Origin: Octopus vulgaris
Lineage: Eukaryota
Reading direction: 5' to 3'
Assembly (NCBI GenBank): GCA_951406725.2
Contig: OX597825.1
Coordinates: 72,354,001 to 72,418,000, forward strand
Length of the DNA: 64,000 nucleotides
Shown: positions 1 to 14,447 of the stretch, piece after piece
Numbering within the stretch: the first letter of the stretch is position 1
How the letters are laid out: each line of letters starts with the position of its first letter
Notes under the pieces: model-generated
What the model was told of the DNA's origin: nothing
What the model saw: the letters and a program-made list of their open reading frames with translations, nothing else
Database searches by the model: none
Position numbers and translations under genes: made by a program

Positions 1-116
1 CTGCTAAATATATTCTCTGACGCGCTAACGTTTCCGCCAGCTGGCTACTTTGCTCAGTTATTTTCGGTGGGAAAGAGGGTTTGTCAATCATATTGACTTC
101 GGTATTTGACTGGTAT

Positions 117-516
117 AAGGCGGCGAGCTGGCAGAAACGTTAGCACGCCGGGCGAAATGCTTAGCGGTATTTCGTCTGCCGTTACGTTCTGAGTTCAAAT
201 TCCGCCGAGGTCGACTTTACCTTTCATCCTTTCGGGGTCGATAAATTAAGTACTAGTTACGCACTGGAGTCGATGTAATCGACTTAATCCATTTGTCTTT
301 CCTTGTTTGTCCTCTCTGTGTTTAGCCCCTTGTGGGTAATAAAGAAACAGGTATTTCGTCAGCCGTTACGTTCTGAGTTCAAATTCCGCCGAGGTCAACT
401 TTGCGTTTCATCTTTTCGGGGTCGATAAATTAAGTAGCGGTTGCGTACTGGGGTGGATGTAATCGATTGGCCACCTCCCCAAAAATTTCGGGCCTTGTGC
501 CTAGAGTAGGAAAGAA
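117..516 (+). mobile_element. tRNA-derived SINE group A, dimer (head + 2 body units), flanked by 14-bp TSD
   Basis: Head 'ggcggcgagctggcagaaacgttagcacgccgggcgaaatgcttagc', B-box-like 'gagttcaaattcc' and body 'cctttcatcctttcggggtcgataaattaagtac' recur throughout the window. TSD tatttgactggtat (103-116) / tatttgattggtat (517-530). Confidence 0.85.
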
Positions 517-537
517 TATTTGATTGGTATTCAAATC

Positions 538-1050
538 GGTGAGCTGGCAGACTGGTTCGCGTGCTGGAGAAAATGCTTAGCTGTCGTTCCTCCGTCTTTA
601 CGATCCAAGTTCAAATTCCACCGAGGTCGACTCTGCCTTTCATCCGTTCGGGAATGATAAATGAATAGACTGGGGCCGATTTAATCGACTTACACCCTCT
701 CGCACAACTGCTGGCCTTGTGCCAAAATTTGAAATGAATATCATAGCTTCCAACTAAGACAAGCAAGCTGGCAGAATCGTTAGCACACAGGGCAAGTTTA
801 TTAGCGGTATTTCATCCGTCTTTAGGCTCTGAGTTCAAATTCCTCTGCGGTCGACTTTGTCTTTCAACCTTTTGGGATCGATAAAAGAAATATCAGTTGA
901 ACACTGGGGTCGATTTAATCGACTCACACATTTCTCTGTACTTTTGGCCTTGTACGAAAATTAGATATCACTATTTCACTGGTATTTATTTTATCGACCC
1001 CGAAAGAATGAAAGACAAAGTTGAATCTACGGAATTTGAACTCAGAACAT
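538..1050. mobile_element. Cluster of older, degenerate group A SINE copies
   Basis: Degenerate matches to the group A head and body at ~538-740 (+), ~765-970 (+) and ~975-1050 (-). Confidence 0.7.
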
Positions 1051-1170
1051 TTCTTTTTCTTTTTTTCTAAGATAAGTTTGTTCGTTTATATTTCTCAAAT
1101 AATTTCCAATTTGCAATGTTATTTGAATTATCAAGAAAAATATTTTTGTTGTATAATGTGATGGTTTTTC

Positions 1171-1204
<34 letters not shown>

Positions 1205-1253
1205 TGTCTGTCTGTCTGTGTCTGTGTATGTGTGTAGCTCTATTTAACCTCAG

Positions 1254-1632
1254 TGGAGTCGCAATGGCCCAGTAGTTAGGGCAGCAGACTCGCAGTCATA
1301 GGATCGCAGTTTCGATTCTAAGACTGGGCGTTGTGAGCATTTATTGAGCGAAAACACTTAAAGCTCGACGAAGCTCCGGCAGGGTAGTGGTGAACCCTGC
1401 TGTACTCTTCCACCACAACTTTCTCTCAATCTTTCTTCCTGTTTCTATTGTACCTGTACTTTAAAGGGCCAGCCTTGTCACACTCTGTGTCAGGCTGAAT
1501 CTCTCCAAGAACTACGTTAAAGATACGCGTGTCTGTGAAATGCTCAGGCACTTACGCGTTAATTTCACAAGCAGGCTGTGCCGTTGATTGGGTCAACTGG
1601 AATCCTCGTCGTCGTAACAGACGGAGTGCCGT
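1254..1632 (+). mobile_element. tRNA-derived SINE group B (head B1, tail T1)
   Basis: tRNA-like head 'tggag.cgcaatggccc.agt.gttagggcagc.gactcgc' and tail ending 'cgtcgtaac.gacggagtgc'. Matches copies at 4640 and 20928. Confidence 0.8.
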
Positions 1633-2157
1633 AGTAATTCAACCTCAACAACTCTTGTTTATCATCTTCGAAATTGGAATATATTTTTCCTTTTTTCAGG
1701 CATATGATAATCGAATACCAAATAGAACAAAACTACCAACCCAGTGAAAAGCCAGAACGAATACTGCAAAGCATTTTGCCAACAATCTAACGATTCCGAA
1801 AATGTAACCCCTTTAATAATAGTCTGGAGTTTATGAACAAGACCGGTATTCTTCAGAAATAGAGGATAACTCGATAGCATCGACCCCATGGAGGGTGAAG
1901 ACGCAGAATAAGTAATGCGCAACGCATTTTTAACGAAAACGTACATGATGATGATGATGATGATGTTGACAGTGGTAGTGTAGATGGTGGCAGACTCGAC
2001 TACGACAACGATTATATAAGCTGTAGGTGTTTTACAATTTGGAAAGCAGGTGTAGTTGCATAATTTCTCAGTCCTTGACTTTTAGTTGAAACGTGTGTAG
2101 AGGTGTAAAACTTCATGGACGAGAATATGCGCAGAAATACATACATTCATGGATATA

Positions 2158-2528
2158 CAGTTGCGGCCAAAATGTTCAGAACGGCATTATTTTCGTCAGA
2201 AAAGTAGGTACAATTTTTTATCAAATTTGTTTTATATTCTATAATTTTCACAGACAATGAATACAACATCATTTGTTATTTTCTGAGATTTTGGTGTAAT
2301 TTGAGAGGATAATACAAAAGTTATGGATGATTTAGTGATTTACTGCAAAACCCATACCGGCCAAAATGATCAGAACGGTTGAAAAAATAAAATAATAAAA
2401 AATGAGACAGAATACTGGAATTATTTAATATTTAGCGTGAAGCCCTTTAGCTTCAAACACACTTTGACATCTTCGACTGCATGAGGAAACTAAATTTTCA
2501 ATTTCTTGCTGGGTGATTCGCTCTAGGC
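2158..2528 (-). mobile_element. Tc1-like DNA transposon right end (IR/DR type) with transposase C-terminal remnant
   Basis: TA|CAGTTGCGGCC terminus. 21-bp direct repeats cggccaaaatg(t/a)tcagaacgg at 2164-2184 and 2358-2378. Minus-strand translation ...ITQQEIENLVSSCSRRCQSVFEAKGLHAKY* (stop 2425-2427) matches the Tc1 C-terminal pattern (LV.S..RR...V..AKG...KY*). Confidence 0.75.
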
Positions 2529-2629
2529 GTTTCGCTCATAAACACACACGTCGCCCGGTCTGAGATTAGATTCGAACCCGCGATCCCTCGACCGCGAGTC
2601 TGCTGTTCTAAACACTAGGCCATGTGCCT

Positions 2630-3439
<810 letters not shown>

Positions 3440-3710
3440 AATAATATATATAGAGAGTTAGCAGTTATAATAACCGACTAAGGGATAAAATATCAGAATG
3501 TACTATCTGTGCTTTAATTCGAATGTCCTATGAAGATAAAGAATTTTATTTTCGCAATTATTTATAAACAGCGTTTGGCAACGGATGCGGAAACGGCCGT
3601 AAGATTTCTTACGTCACCTATTTATGTCATGCTTTGTATTCAATATATGCTATAAATGTGGTTCAATCGGTGTGATGTTTAATCTGAGCTTTTCTCCATT
3701 TTCGTATTAC

Positions 3711-3741
<31 letters not shown>

Positions 3742-4037
3742 AAGAAAGATACGATATACGATGACACTGCTACTTAAACCCAGGAAGACATCTCTTCCAG
3801 TTAGTTTATTCAGTATACACACAAATTTATTGTTGGCTAGCAAGAGACACGTTCTAAGGTGCTCAGCCAGGTAAAATTTCTCTCTCTGTCTCTCTCAGTC
3901 TATATATATACACACACACACTTATCTATATGTATATATATACATATACCCATTTGCATATACATATATACATATATATATGCATATATATGTGTAAATA
4001 TATATGCATATATACGTGTATATATATGCATGTGGAT

Positions 4038-4070
<33 letters not shown>

Positions 4071-4639
4071 GATATGTGTGTATTAAGTGATTTACTGTTT
4101 TATATATATAAACAGTAAATCACTTAACATCAAATAGAAGAGGAGGTAAAACAAGTACTATAGTCAAAAGAATGCGATATAAAATATTCGAGGTTTCTCA
4201 TAAATGTCGCTCATACAATTGAATAAACACTCTCTATTGACTGACGTTTTCCCCCTTGTTCTACTCTCATTAAATTACACAAAGAACAAAATATTTTTCT
4301 GTATAATGTAAGTATATTGTCGTATTTCCGTTATCAGCTTTTTCTCTTTCTTTCCACTAAAAATTGTCAGATAACTAAGAAAATGCGATGAATAGGTAGA
4401 TTCGTTTGATTGTTTGACAGAATGCCTCGCCATATTTCTTACTAACTTCCACTGAGGTCACTCTTGCTTTTCATTCTTCAATGTGGTCGATAAAATAACT
4501 GCCATTTGGGTATTGGAGTCGATACACTCGTGTTCTCTCGAAATTGCTAGCTTAGTGACGAAACTAGAAATAAGTTAGGGACAAGGCCAGAGATTTTTGG
4601 GTAATGAGATTAATGGTACTTGACAGTGACTCTATAATG

Positions 4640-5013
4640 GTGGAAGCACTCCGTCGGTTACGACGATGAGGGTTCCGGTTGATCCGAATCAACGGAACAG
4701 CCTGCTCGTGAAATTAACGTGTAAGTGGCTGAGCACTCCACAGACATGTGTACCCTTAACGTAGTTCTCGGGGATATTCAGCGTGACACAGAGAGTGACA
4801 AGGCCGGCCCTTTGAAATACAGGTACAACAGAAACAGGAAGTAAGAGTGAGAGAAAGTTGTGGTGAAAGAGTACAGCAGGGATCACCACAATCCCCTGCC
4901 GGAGCCTCGTGGAGCTTTTAGGTGTTTTCGCTCAATAAACACTCACAACGCCTGGTCTGGCGATCCTATGACCGCGAGTCCGCTGCCCTAACCACTGGGC
5001 CATTGCGCCTCCA
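4640..5013 (-). mobile_element. SINE group B (B1-T1) with 11-bp TSD
   Basis: Reverse complement of the 20928 copy. TSD gactctataat at 4628-4638 and 5017-5027. Confidence 0.85.
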
Positions 5014-5554
5014 CCCGACTCTATAATATTATCATTCCCGAAAGGATGAATTGTAGGGCAATAGATCTTTGTAAGATTTGAAACCAGAACTTACAGAACT
5101 GAAAGAAACATTACCTGACATCTTTCCGGTGCTCTAATGAGGCTGTCAACCTGCCACCCTGATTTCTGCCATAATAAGGATAATGGTTTAACGTTTTGGC
5201 GTATAGTTAACAATGTTTGGGATGGAGGAAAATCGAATACATCGATCCTAATGTTCAACTGGTAATCTACTTTATCGACCTCAAAGCGATGATTGGCAAA
5301 ATCAACTTCAGCGGAACTTCGACTCAGAACGTAAATAGCCCAAGAAATTACGCTTAGCATTTTGTCCGACACTATGACATTTCTACATTCTCGCCTCTCT
5401 TGTTTCTGCCATAGTAACATTAATATTTGTTATTTTCAACAATATGAATAACATCTCACATATGAAATATTACGTGATTCATTCGATTGCAGCTCGAGTA
5501 TGATGAGAAATACATAACAGAGGAAATTTTATTTAGTTTAGATTATTCGAGGAT

Positions 5555-5663
5555 CAGTCGCACGGCGCGGTACCATTGGGCAAGCGGGACGAACAATGTT
5601 TTGTGAGTGAATTTCGTTAAAGGAATTTGGCAGATAGAAACTGTTTGGAAGCCTATCGTATAT
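5555..5663 (+). mobile_element. Degenerate group C SINE 5' part, ending at the start of its internal (TA)n
   Basis: 'gggcaag...ttttgtgagtg...atttggcagatagaaactg...aagcctatcgtatata' resembles intact group C copies at 33512 and 36637. Confidence 0.55.
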
Positions 5664-5942
5664 ATATTGCTCCTTCGGATTTCCACTTATTCAGGTCTCT
5701 GCAGAATAGTCTTAATGGTAAAAATTTCAATTCCTTGGATGATGTAAAAAGATACCTTGATGAATTCTTTGCCATGAAACCTCCTCAATTCTGGGAAGAG
5801 GGTATTTTCAAGTTAAAGGAAAGATGGAGACGCATTGTGCAATAAAATGGTTCATATTTGGTTGATTTGAAATGTAACGGCAAGTATTTATTGACCTTTT
5901 TCTTTCCTTTAAAAATCGGCACGAACTCTCCGGACAACCCAA
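5664..5942 (+). mobile_element. mariner (DD34D) 3' half with right TIR
   Basis: Encodes IAPSDFHLFRSLQNSLNGKNFNSLDDVKRYLDEFFAMKPPQFWEEGIFKLKERWRRIVQ. Ends in TIR aaatcggcacgaactctccggacaacccaa|TA. Same family as the 17490 copy. Confidence 0.9.
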
Positions 5943-7274
5943 TACTTCTGTAACTCTTGAATAAGTTTTCTATATTGCTCTTCCGAGGAAGACAGCTCCG
6001 AAGAGCTGTAATCTTCGTATAACATCATTGGCAACAAGTTACTTCAAAGCAGCAACAATCAGTTCACTAGCACAAATTTTTCAACGATAAACAACAATTT
6101 TTAATTTAAAAGTGACAACTCCGTTCAACCCAATTTGCGACCGCCTCTGATCACGAATAAATCGTGCTTTATATGTATCTATCTCTATCTATAGATATAT
6201 AAAGTACGATTTATTCGCGATCAGAGGCGTTCGTAAACTGAAGTAGTACTTTATTAAATGAATATGAGAAAGACAGGAGATAAAGCACGATTTATTCGTG
6301 ATCAGAGTCGCTCGAAATCAGAGTTTCTATTGTATAGTGATTTGGACATGGGTTAATGTTGTTTTAAAATAAAATGGCCATAAAACAAATTTGAAATTCC
6401 TATCAAATTTAATATTTTTTTATATACTCATGTGTGTCGTTTTTATTTTCTGATAGCAGTTAATGTTAGCGCTTGCTCGTGTGTATGCGTGCGTACGTGC
6501 GCATGTGTGTGTGTGTGTGTGTGGGTATGTGCAAGTGTGTGTGTATGAGTTTAATTGTCAATAATTACACGGATAATAATTAGTAGACATATCATCGTCT
6601 TGTCTTTCGCTGGCATTTTCTAATAATAATAGATTAGAAAACTATTCTGTCTTCGTCCAAGTTTACAACGTTATGAATGTGTGTGTGTGTGTGTGTGTGC
6701 ACGTATGTGCAAACACACATACATACACACAAACACATACACACATATATAATAAATCTGTAAGTAGGTATATGTATGTATTTATATATACACTTAAAGT
6801 GAACATCGTATTTTATTTCCTGGTTTACACCAAATGTCAAACGAATGTTTATGGCTTCTCACATCGACACATCGACTTCATAACTTCTATGACAGAACGG
6901 CGGATATTATCGTTTCAATCGATCGTCACACATGACAAATCCTTATTTTGGTGAACACGGTGGTGGTAATGGCGGCGGTAGGTGGTGGATGAATGTGAAT
7001 TCCACTAAGGCGAAATTTGAACTTCGAACACACACAGATATCAGTAAAGTTTCTAGTCCAATACTCTAAAACTAAGCGATGCAGAAATACGTATCAAGCA
7101 TTCTCACCGCCGCTGCCGGGCAACTGTTGTCTGCTACTGGTGTATTTTAGCGTTTTTAAACCCAGTACGTCCATAAGAGATCTTGTCTCCGGATGAAGAG
7201 TTACTTGGCCCTTTCTTGATTAATCTGCATTAAATATAATACAGAGATATCAATTTTAATCTAAAACTGCTTCT

Positions 7275-7507
7275 TATTTCTTTACTGCCCACAAGGGGTT
7301 ACACACAGAGAAGACAAACAAGGACAGACAAATGGATTAAATCGATTACATTGATCCCAGTGCGTAACTGGTACTTATTTAATCGACCCCGAAAGGATGA
7401 AAGGCAAATTCGACCTCGGCGGAATTTGAACTCAGAACGTATCGGCAGACGAAATACCGCTAAGCATTTCGCCCGGCGTGCTAACGATTCTGCCAGCTTG
7501 CCGCCTT
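7275..7507 (-). mobile_element. SINE group A monomer
   Basis: Full head, body and tail A in reverse complement. Confidence 0.8.
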
Positions 7508-7811
7508 TATTTTCTTTTTCTTGGGGCCTGGGACGATGAGATCCCGGGGCCGCAATGTGGGTTCGAGGTATCGATGTTCACTGAGTCCTGCAATTTGCAT
7601 CAGTTCACGCGGATAGCCGCGCAATTCATCGACGGACGAGCTGAGTAATCCCCTGTTCGAATACTGCTTCTGTTGCTCATGAAAGCTTATTTTAGTTAAT
7701 CGGGCGTCTAATCTCAACACTGGTGGCTTTCCAATTACTGCTTTCTTATATCAAAGCGATGGATTTTGTCTTAGGATGCAGTTGTGTTTTTTTTTTTTTT
7801 TTTTTTTTTCC

Positions 7812-8010
7812 TGGCACTCCGTCGGTTACGACGACAACGGTTCCAGTTGATCGGATCAACGGAACAAACCACGCGGTGCAAGTAGCTGAGCACACCACAG
7901 ACACATGTAATGTACTCAACGTGATTCTCAGGGAGGTTCAGCGTGACAAAGAATGTGACATGGCTGGCCCTTTGAAATACAGGTATTACTCATTTTCGCT
8001 AGCTGAGTAA
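7812..8010 (-). mobile_element. SINE group B tail T1 fragment
   Basis: 'gcactccgtcggttacgacgac...ggccctttgaaatacagg' matches tail T1, preceded by a poly-T tract. Confidence 0.7.
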
Positions 8011-8139
8011 CTACCTGCTATTGACAAAGCCGAACAAGGCGGTATTTGAAATCAAAACCAAAAGAGTAGGAGGAAATGCCACTAAGAATTTTGTCCGACA
8101 CTCTAGCAATTTTTCCACCACACCTCCTTTAATTTTGCC

Positions 8140-8196
<57 letters not shown>

Positions 8197-9439
8197 GTTG
8201 TTCATTTTAACGCATTAATTACCTTTTGTTAGCTACAAAGGGCTCTAGCATACAATACAATAGGTGATAAATATGTATGGTTACAATACTTTTGGGACTG
8301 AAGGAAGTGTCAGAGCGCTATACAATGAATGGCTTTACGAATTTGATAAATAATCAGACATATAATAAGAAAATTATACGAAAAACACTGGCTCTGTGGA
8401 ATTCAAGGGTCATTATATGACCACTTAAGACCACATTTAATCTCGTCACTAATGTACTGATTACCTGATCATATTACTACACGCTACTAGTCATATGGTT
8501 CTGTAGCCCAAGTATTGGTAGGGCTGGTCATTACCTCAGTCTTTCAACAGGTTTCGTTGTGACCTCTGTGGTTCTAAATTCCAAACTGTCAGTGTCAAAG
8601 GCATAACCACGTGAGAGGGCGAATATTCCGTTATACAAGGGATTGGGGCTTCTTCTAGTTTCTGTTTGCTTTGAAGGCACTTAAAAGATATTCGTTTCGA
8701 TTGCTTTCTTCCTGTTAATTTCCTCCTTCCTAGTTGTTAGGATAGGCTATTGACGTCTCTCTGGTTTATTGGTAACAAATATAACACTGCCATTCTCAGA
8801 GTTATTTTCCCTTGGCGCTGTAAGCATTCGTGTACGTGTAAGAATATTATAGCTGTTGATGTTGCTTTTGCCATTTCCAAACAAAAACGCATGCATTCTC
8901 CATACGTGTGATACTTCTTATGAAATTTTCATTCATGTTCCTCTTTTTTTTTTTTGTTTTAAGCTTTTGTGGTTTGCTGTAAAATATTTTCTTTTTCATG
9001 TTTTGTGTGTTCCTGGTGTGATAACCGCAGTGAATCCGATTTCTTTCGGGAGCGTAGCTGAGAAATTTCGTAGCCATTTTTCTGAATGTAGACAAATACA
9101 GAAAAACAATATAATTTACTGAAAATAAAACAAAGACAACAAAGCCTTATCTCTTGCTTAAATCCTTGTAGAAGACTTTTTTAACTCTGTAAAAAATTGA
9201 AAAAAATTATACGCCATGCAACCGTATGAAAGAATATTCCTTCGCCCCAAAGAACAACTTGGACATCACCTGTAATAGTGGCATCTAAAATAGGCAGAAA
9301 CTGGGCAATTTTGGCATGGTGAGGTTATTCAGTTAATTGACTCCAGTACCTCACTGATACGCTAGTTTATTGCCCACCCAACAAGAATAAAAGACTAAGA
9401 TGACTCCGGCGAGAATAGAACTGAAGAAACAGCAAAGGC

Positions 9440-10241
9440 GCAATTTGAACTCAGAACGTAAAGGCAGACGAAATATTTATTTCTTTACTACCCACAATGG
9501 GCTAAACACAGAGAGGACAAACAAGGATTACATCGACCCCAGTGCGTGACTGGTACTTTATTTATCGACCCCAAAAGGATGAAAGGCAAAGTCGACCTCG
9601 GTGGAATTTGAACTCAGAACGTAACGGCAGACGAAATACTTATTTCTTTATTACCCACAAGATGCTAAACATAGAGGGGACAAACAAGGATAGACATAGG
9701 TATTAAGTCAATTACATCGACTCCAGTGCGTAACTGGTACTTTATTTATCGACCCCGAAAGGATGAAAGGCAAAGTCGACCTCGGTAGAATTTGTACTCA
9801 GAACGTAACGGCAGACGAAATACTTATTTCTTTATTACCCACAAGGGGCTAAACATAGAGGGGACAAACAAGGATAGACATAGGTATTAAGTCGATTACA
9901 TCCACCCCAGTACGCAACCGCTACTTAATTTATCGACCCCGAAAAGATGAAACGCAAAGTTGACCTCGGCGGAATTTGAACTCAGAACGTAACGGCTGAC
10001 GAAATACCTGTTTCTTTATTACCCACAAGGGGCTAAACACAGAGAGGACAAACAAGGAAAGACAAATGGATTAAGTCGATTACATCGACTCCAGTGCGTA
10101 ACTAGTACTTAATTTATCGACCCCGAAAGGATGAAAGGTAAAGTCGACCTCGGCGGAATTTGAACTCAGAACGTAACGGCAGACGAAATACTGCTAAGCA
10201 TTTCGCCCGGCGTGTTAACGTTTCTGCCAGCTCGCCGCCTT
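9440..10241 (-). mobile_element. Tandem array of group A SINE bodies (one head, ~4.5 units of ~185 bp)
   Basis: 'atttg(a/t)actcagaacgtaa' recurs at ~9444, 9607, 9790, 9975 and 10159. A single head lies at the right end. Confidence 0.85.
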
Positions 10242-12524
10242 CCCCCTTAAATAATAATCGCAACTTAAAATAAAACAAAACCTCTTGATACAATGGATGA
10301 GACGGATGAACAGCAAGAAACCACACTTTGCAACCTGTTAATCGAAGACGCATATTCTTCTACTTATGTGAATACCAATTTTGAAAATGGCAACCAATAT
10401 ATCATACTTCGCATGTACAATAATATAATTTAGCAAGCACAATGAGCAACAAGAGACCAACAAATATTTTCATGCACCGTAGATTCCAAGCCTCCAGAAT
10501 TCTACCTCAGCTATATTGTTCCTTACAAAGTGTGTCGTTATCAATATTATAGAATTCTTTTACTTGCACCTTCTCGACCAAAGTAAATCGATAAACGGTA
10601 TTTCAATGTATGAAAACCAGCACTATCATCTCAAGTTGTCAATTCTACTCTATTCACACAATATATTTCTTCCAGCTCTTTCAAGCCCATTTGTCTCTCC
10701 TCTGTGAATACATGTCACTGTTAACGATGTCGTTTTTGGTCACTTCAAACTAATATAGTAACCATCTTGATAGATTTTCTTTTGTAATTCTCATACAATG
10801 AACGGGTCCCTATCTTCATTAAGGTTTTCAGCATTTTCCCTTGAGTCATGTAGCCTAATTTATGAAAACCGCAAACAATAACATCATCCTCAAATATTGT
10901 GTCTATCTCTTTTCCAGTTTCTTGCACCAGGAAGTGACGTACATAAACATCCATTTATATTACCGTATTTTTTGTTCTTCACGGTGACCGCTACGACAAT
11001 TTATGTGAAGTTCTGTATCACACAAAAATGAGATTTCACTTGATAGGACTTGGACTAAAGTTATATATTGTGATTATATCTTGAAAGCTAACGTATCTAT
11101 ATTACATACTTTTGTACCCTAGATAACTCGAATCTCTAGAGCTGAAAATGTCTTGTGATATCGTTTCATGGCAGCTGTACGTTAACAGAGCTTTCTTCGC
11201 TCTACAATTTATTACATCCTACAAAACTCAGGAAAATAAACGTGTGCTACGTTTAAAAACATCTTCTTTAGAGACATGAGAACAATCATCTTCATTAGTA
11301 CCGAAATACACACACGCTAAACTAGTGTTTCTCATAGGTGTTGAATTGAGGCGAGCAAATCATCATGTGGGTTGGAAAAAGAAAAAGAGATGGTTTTCAA
11401 CTTGTTCAAAGCTAAGGTTAACTCATATTACTCCGCAAGGAGAATAGGGCCGATTTCCTGGCTTCTCTAGCGAATATATTCCCAACTGGATGCAGAGTTA
11501 CTCCTTTCTGCCATCTGAATGGACTGGACTAGCATGAAATGAAGTGTTTTGCTCAGAACACAACGCATCACCGGTCCAGTAATTGAAATCACAGTCTTAC
11601 GACTATGAGCCCTATTCCCTGACCACTAAGCTATTCACCTCCACAAAACTATGGTGACGATAAAAGAATTATATGGTTGCAAACTCTATTTTGTTTTCAC
11701 ATGGGAAACGGCATATATACATTGTGTGTCTGTATATGTGTAATATTTCTGGAGTGTGGTGTTTGTCATCTTGAAAACCACATTATATCGAAGAAAGGCG
11801 GCTACAATACTATATAACTCCCATAAACAATTGACAAGTAGAATTCTCTACGAATAACCACGAAACTTTAGACCTCTCTGATCATCTCTCATGCTAGTTC
11901 GACATACACAACATTGCTGGAACATCCATCAGAGTTTCAAGTCCTAAAATATTTCAAAGCAGAAATTATGTTAAATCTCTAAAAAAAATTAAAGTAGTAC
12001 ACCGCTGCTTATCCACTAACTTTCAGGACAGGTTTCATAAAATAATGACTGACTGGCCTACGAATCTTTACCTGTAATTAACCCAGGCCCAATAACACCT
12101 GTTGTTTTATATTTCTGTTACTGCTTTAACAATCATAGGTTTGTGTTCTCTCGCCCATGTTTACATGGTTCTATGTATTTATTCCACCTATTAAACCAAC
12201 TTTATTATTCCACACAAAAAAAACTATGCTAGGAATGCGTCATCCTCTTCTAACTTGTGATAAGTGCAACTTTCAGTCAGTGCAACATACAGTATTATCG
12301 GATTAACTATCCTCGTCTCTATTATCCTTCATATCAGTGATTTGACATTGCTTCTGAATTTGAAGTTGTCCATCAGGGAATCACATTTTGCAACACTCTC
12401 TAAAAATACCCATGGATAATTTCTTTTTTTTAACGGTAGACATTTACTTCAAAGGCATCGTTTTAATGAAACTACACAAAGCTGCTTTGAAGAGATCTAG
12501 TCTTGAAACCTTGTAGTTTTCAAA

Positions 12525-12542
12525 AACAACAACAACAACAAC

Positions 12543-12592
<50 letters not shown>

Positions 12593-12632
12593 TAATAATA
12601 ACAATAACAACAACAACAACAACAACAACAAC

Positions 12633-12668
<36 letters not shown>
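12525..12668. repeat. (AAC)n/(AAT)n compound microsatellite
   Basis: Directly visible. Confidence 0.95.
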
Positions 12669-12669
<1 letters not shown>

Positions 12670-14004
12670 TCAAATTTGTTAGTAAGAAAGAACATTTTGA
12701 TAGCAATTCTTTTCAAGAAGAGATTCTGTAATGTTTTTGTGTTTATCTTTTTTATTTTCTTTATTTTTATTACATTTCTTTATCCTTCTGAATAATTAAA
12801 GTGTTTTCTTTCCACACGTGGCTTAATAGTTCGCCTATCATCTCAATCAGACGCTTATGCTTGTGAAAATTCTAAAAAAATCATTGTTCATAAGGCGATA
12901 AGGTTAATATTTTATAAGCTGTGATATAAAGATTTCGATCAATCAAAACATAAAGAAAACACAAATAAAAGTTTGTTTTGGTATTACAACCTTCAACAGA
13001 ACATCAGATACCACTATACGGAGTCATTTATAGAAACCCGTCATTTTTTAAAGTTAACATTTCAGAGGTTAATGCAGAAATATAACAGAGTGGGTGTCAC
13101 TACATTATACTATGATAATACAATTTTCTTCAGTTCATGTCTGAATCACTGATTTCTTTTCTAGGTTCACGTTTAAGATGACAATCTACCATAGTATTCT
13201 AAATACTATGGCAGATTGTCTAAATACTATGGAAGTTTCTAAATACTATAGCAGGGCGCAAGGCAAAATGTTTGAGAAAAATGGAAGCCGATTACATCAA
13301 CCCCAGTGCTTTAGTGGTACTCATTTTATTAACTCCCCGAATGAATGGAAGGCAAGACTGGCCTCGGCGAGATACGAACTCAGACTGTAAAGAGTCGAAT
13401 CGGAAGAAATACTACATACCATTTTTCTAGCATTCAAGCAATTCTGCCAAGACTTCGCCTTCACAATCTGTCATAATATTTCTTTCTAACTTTGGCACAA
13501 GGCCAGCAATTTTGAGGTAAGAAGGAGTTCGATTACAGTCCTTGACTGGTGCTTATTTTATCATCCCTCGAAAGGATGAAAAGCAAAGTTGACCTCAGTA
13601 GGATTTGAACTCAGAATGTAAAAAGTCGGATGAAATACAGCATGATATTGCCCGATCTCCTAACGATTCTGCCAACTTGCTAACATGACCCGATGCCATA
13701 AAATTGAATTCAAATTCCTGCACAGTTTCAGAGGAGGGTGTTAATAGAGTACATCGACCCCCAAAGGCAAAGTCGACCTCAGCAAAATTTGAACTCAGAG
13801 TATAAAACCGGGCGAAATTCCCCTAAGCATTTTGTCTGGGGTGATAACGATTCTGCTAGCTTGTCGTCTTATTGATTTAAGATTTTAGCAATTTCAGGGG
13901 TGGTTGCAAGTCGGTTACGTCGACGCCCGTGCTCATCTGGTACTTATTTTATCGACCCTGAAAGGGCGAATGGCAAACTCAACCTCGATGAAATTTGATC
14001 TTAC

Positions 14005-14231
14005 TCTCTCTCTCTCTCTCTTTTAGTCTTTTATTTGTTTCAGTCATTTGACTGCGGCCATGCTGGAGCACCGCCTTAAGTCGAGCAAATCGACCCCAGG
14101 ACTTATTCTTTGTAAGCCCAGTACTTATTCTATCGGTTTCTTTTGCCGAACCGCTAAGGTACAGGGACGTAAACACGTCAGCATCGGTTGTCAAGCGATG
14201 TTGGGGGGACAAACACAGACACAAACACACA

Positions 14232-14283
<52 letters not shown>

Positions 14284-14447
14284 CGACAGACTTCTTTCAG
14301 TTTCTGTCTACCAAATCTATTCACAAAGCTTTGGTCGGCCCGAGGCTATAGTAGATGACACTTGCCTACGGTACCACGCAGTGGGACTGAACCCGGAACC
14401 ATGTGGTTGGTAAGCAAGCTACTTACCACACAGCCACTCCTGCGCCT
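14005..14447 (-). mobile_element. SINE group C (CORE-like) with internal (TA)/(TG) microsatellite, nested in a group A copy
   Basis: Head 'ggcgcaggagtggctgtgtggtaagtagcttgc...gggttcagtccc' and CORE-like 'ggcaagtgtc.tctactatagcctc'. Matches copies at 22527, 33512 and 36637. Confidence 0.8.

Noticed and set aside
12050-12130. Minus-strand peptide KYKTTGVIGPGLITG resembling a paired-domain or Tc1 HTH segment
   Set aside because: Too short, surrounded by stops and without supporting motifs.
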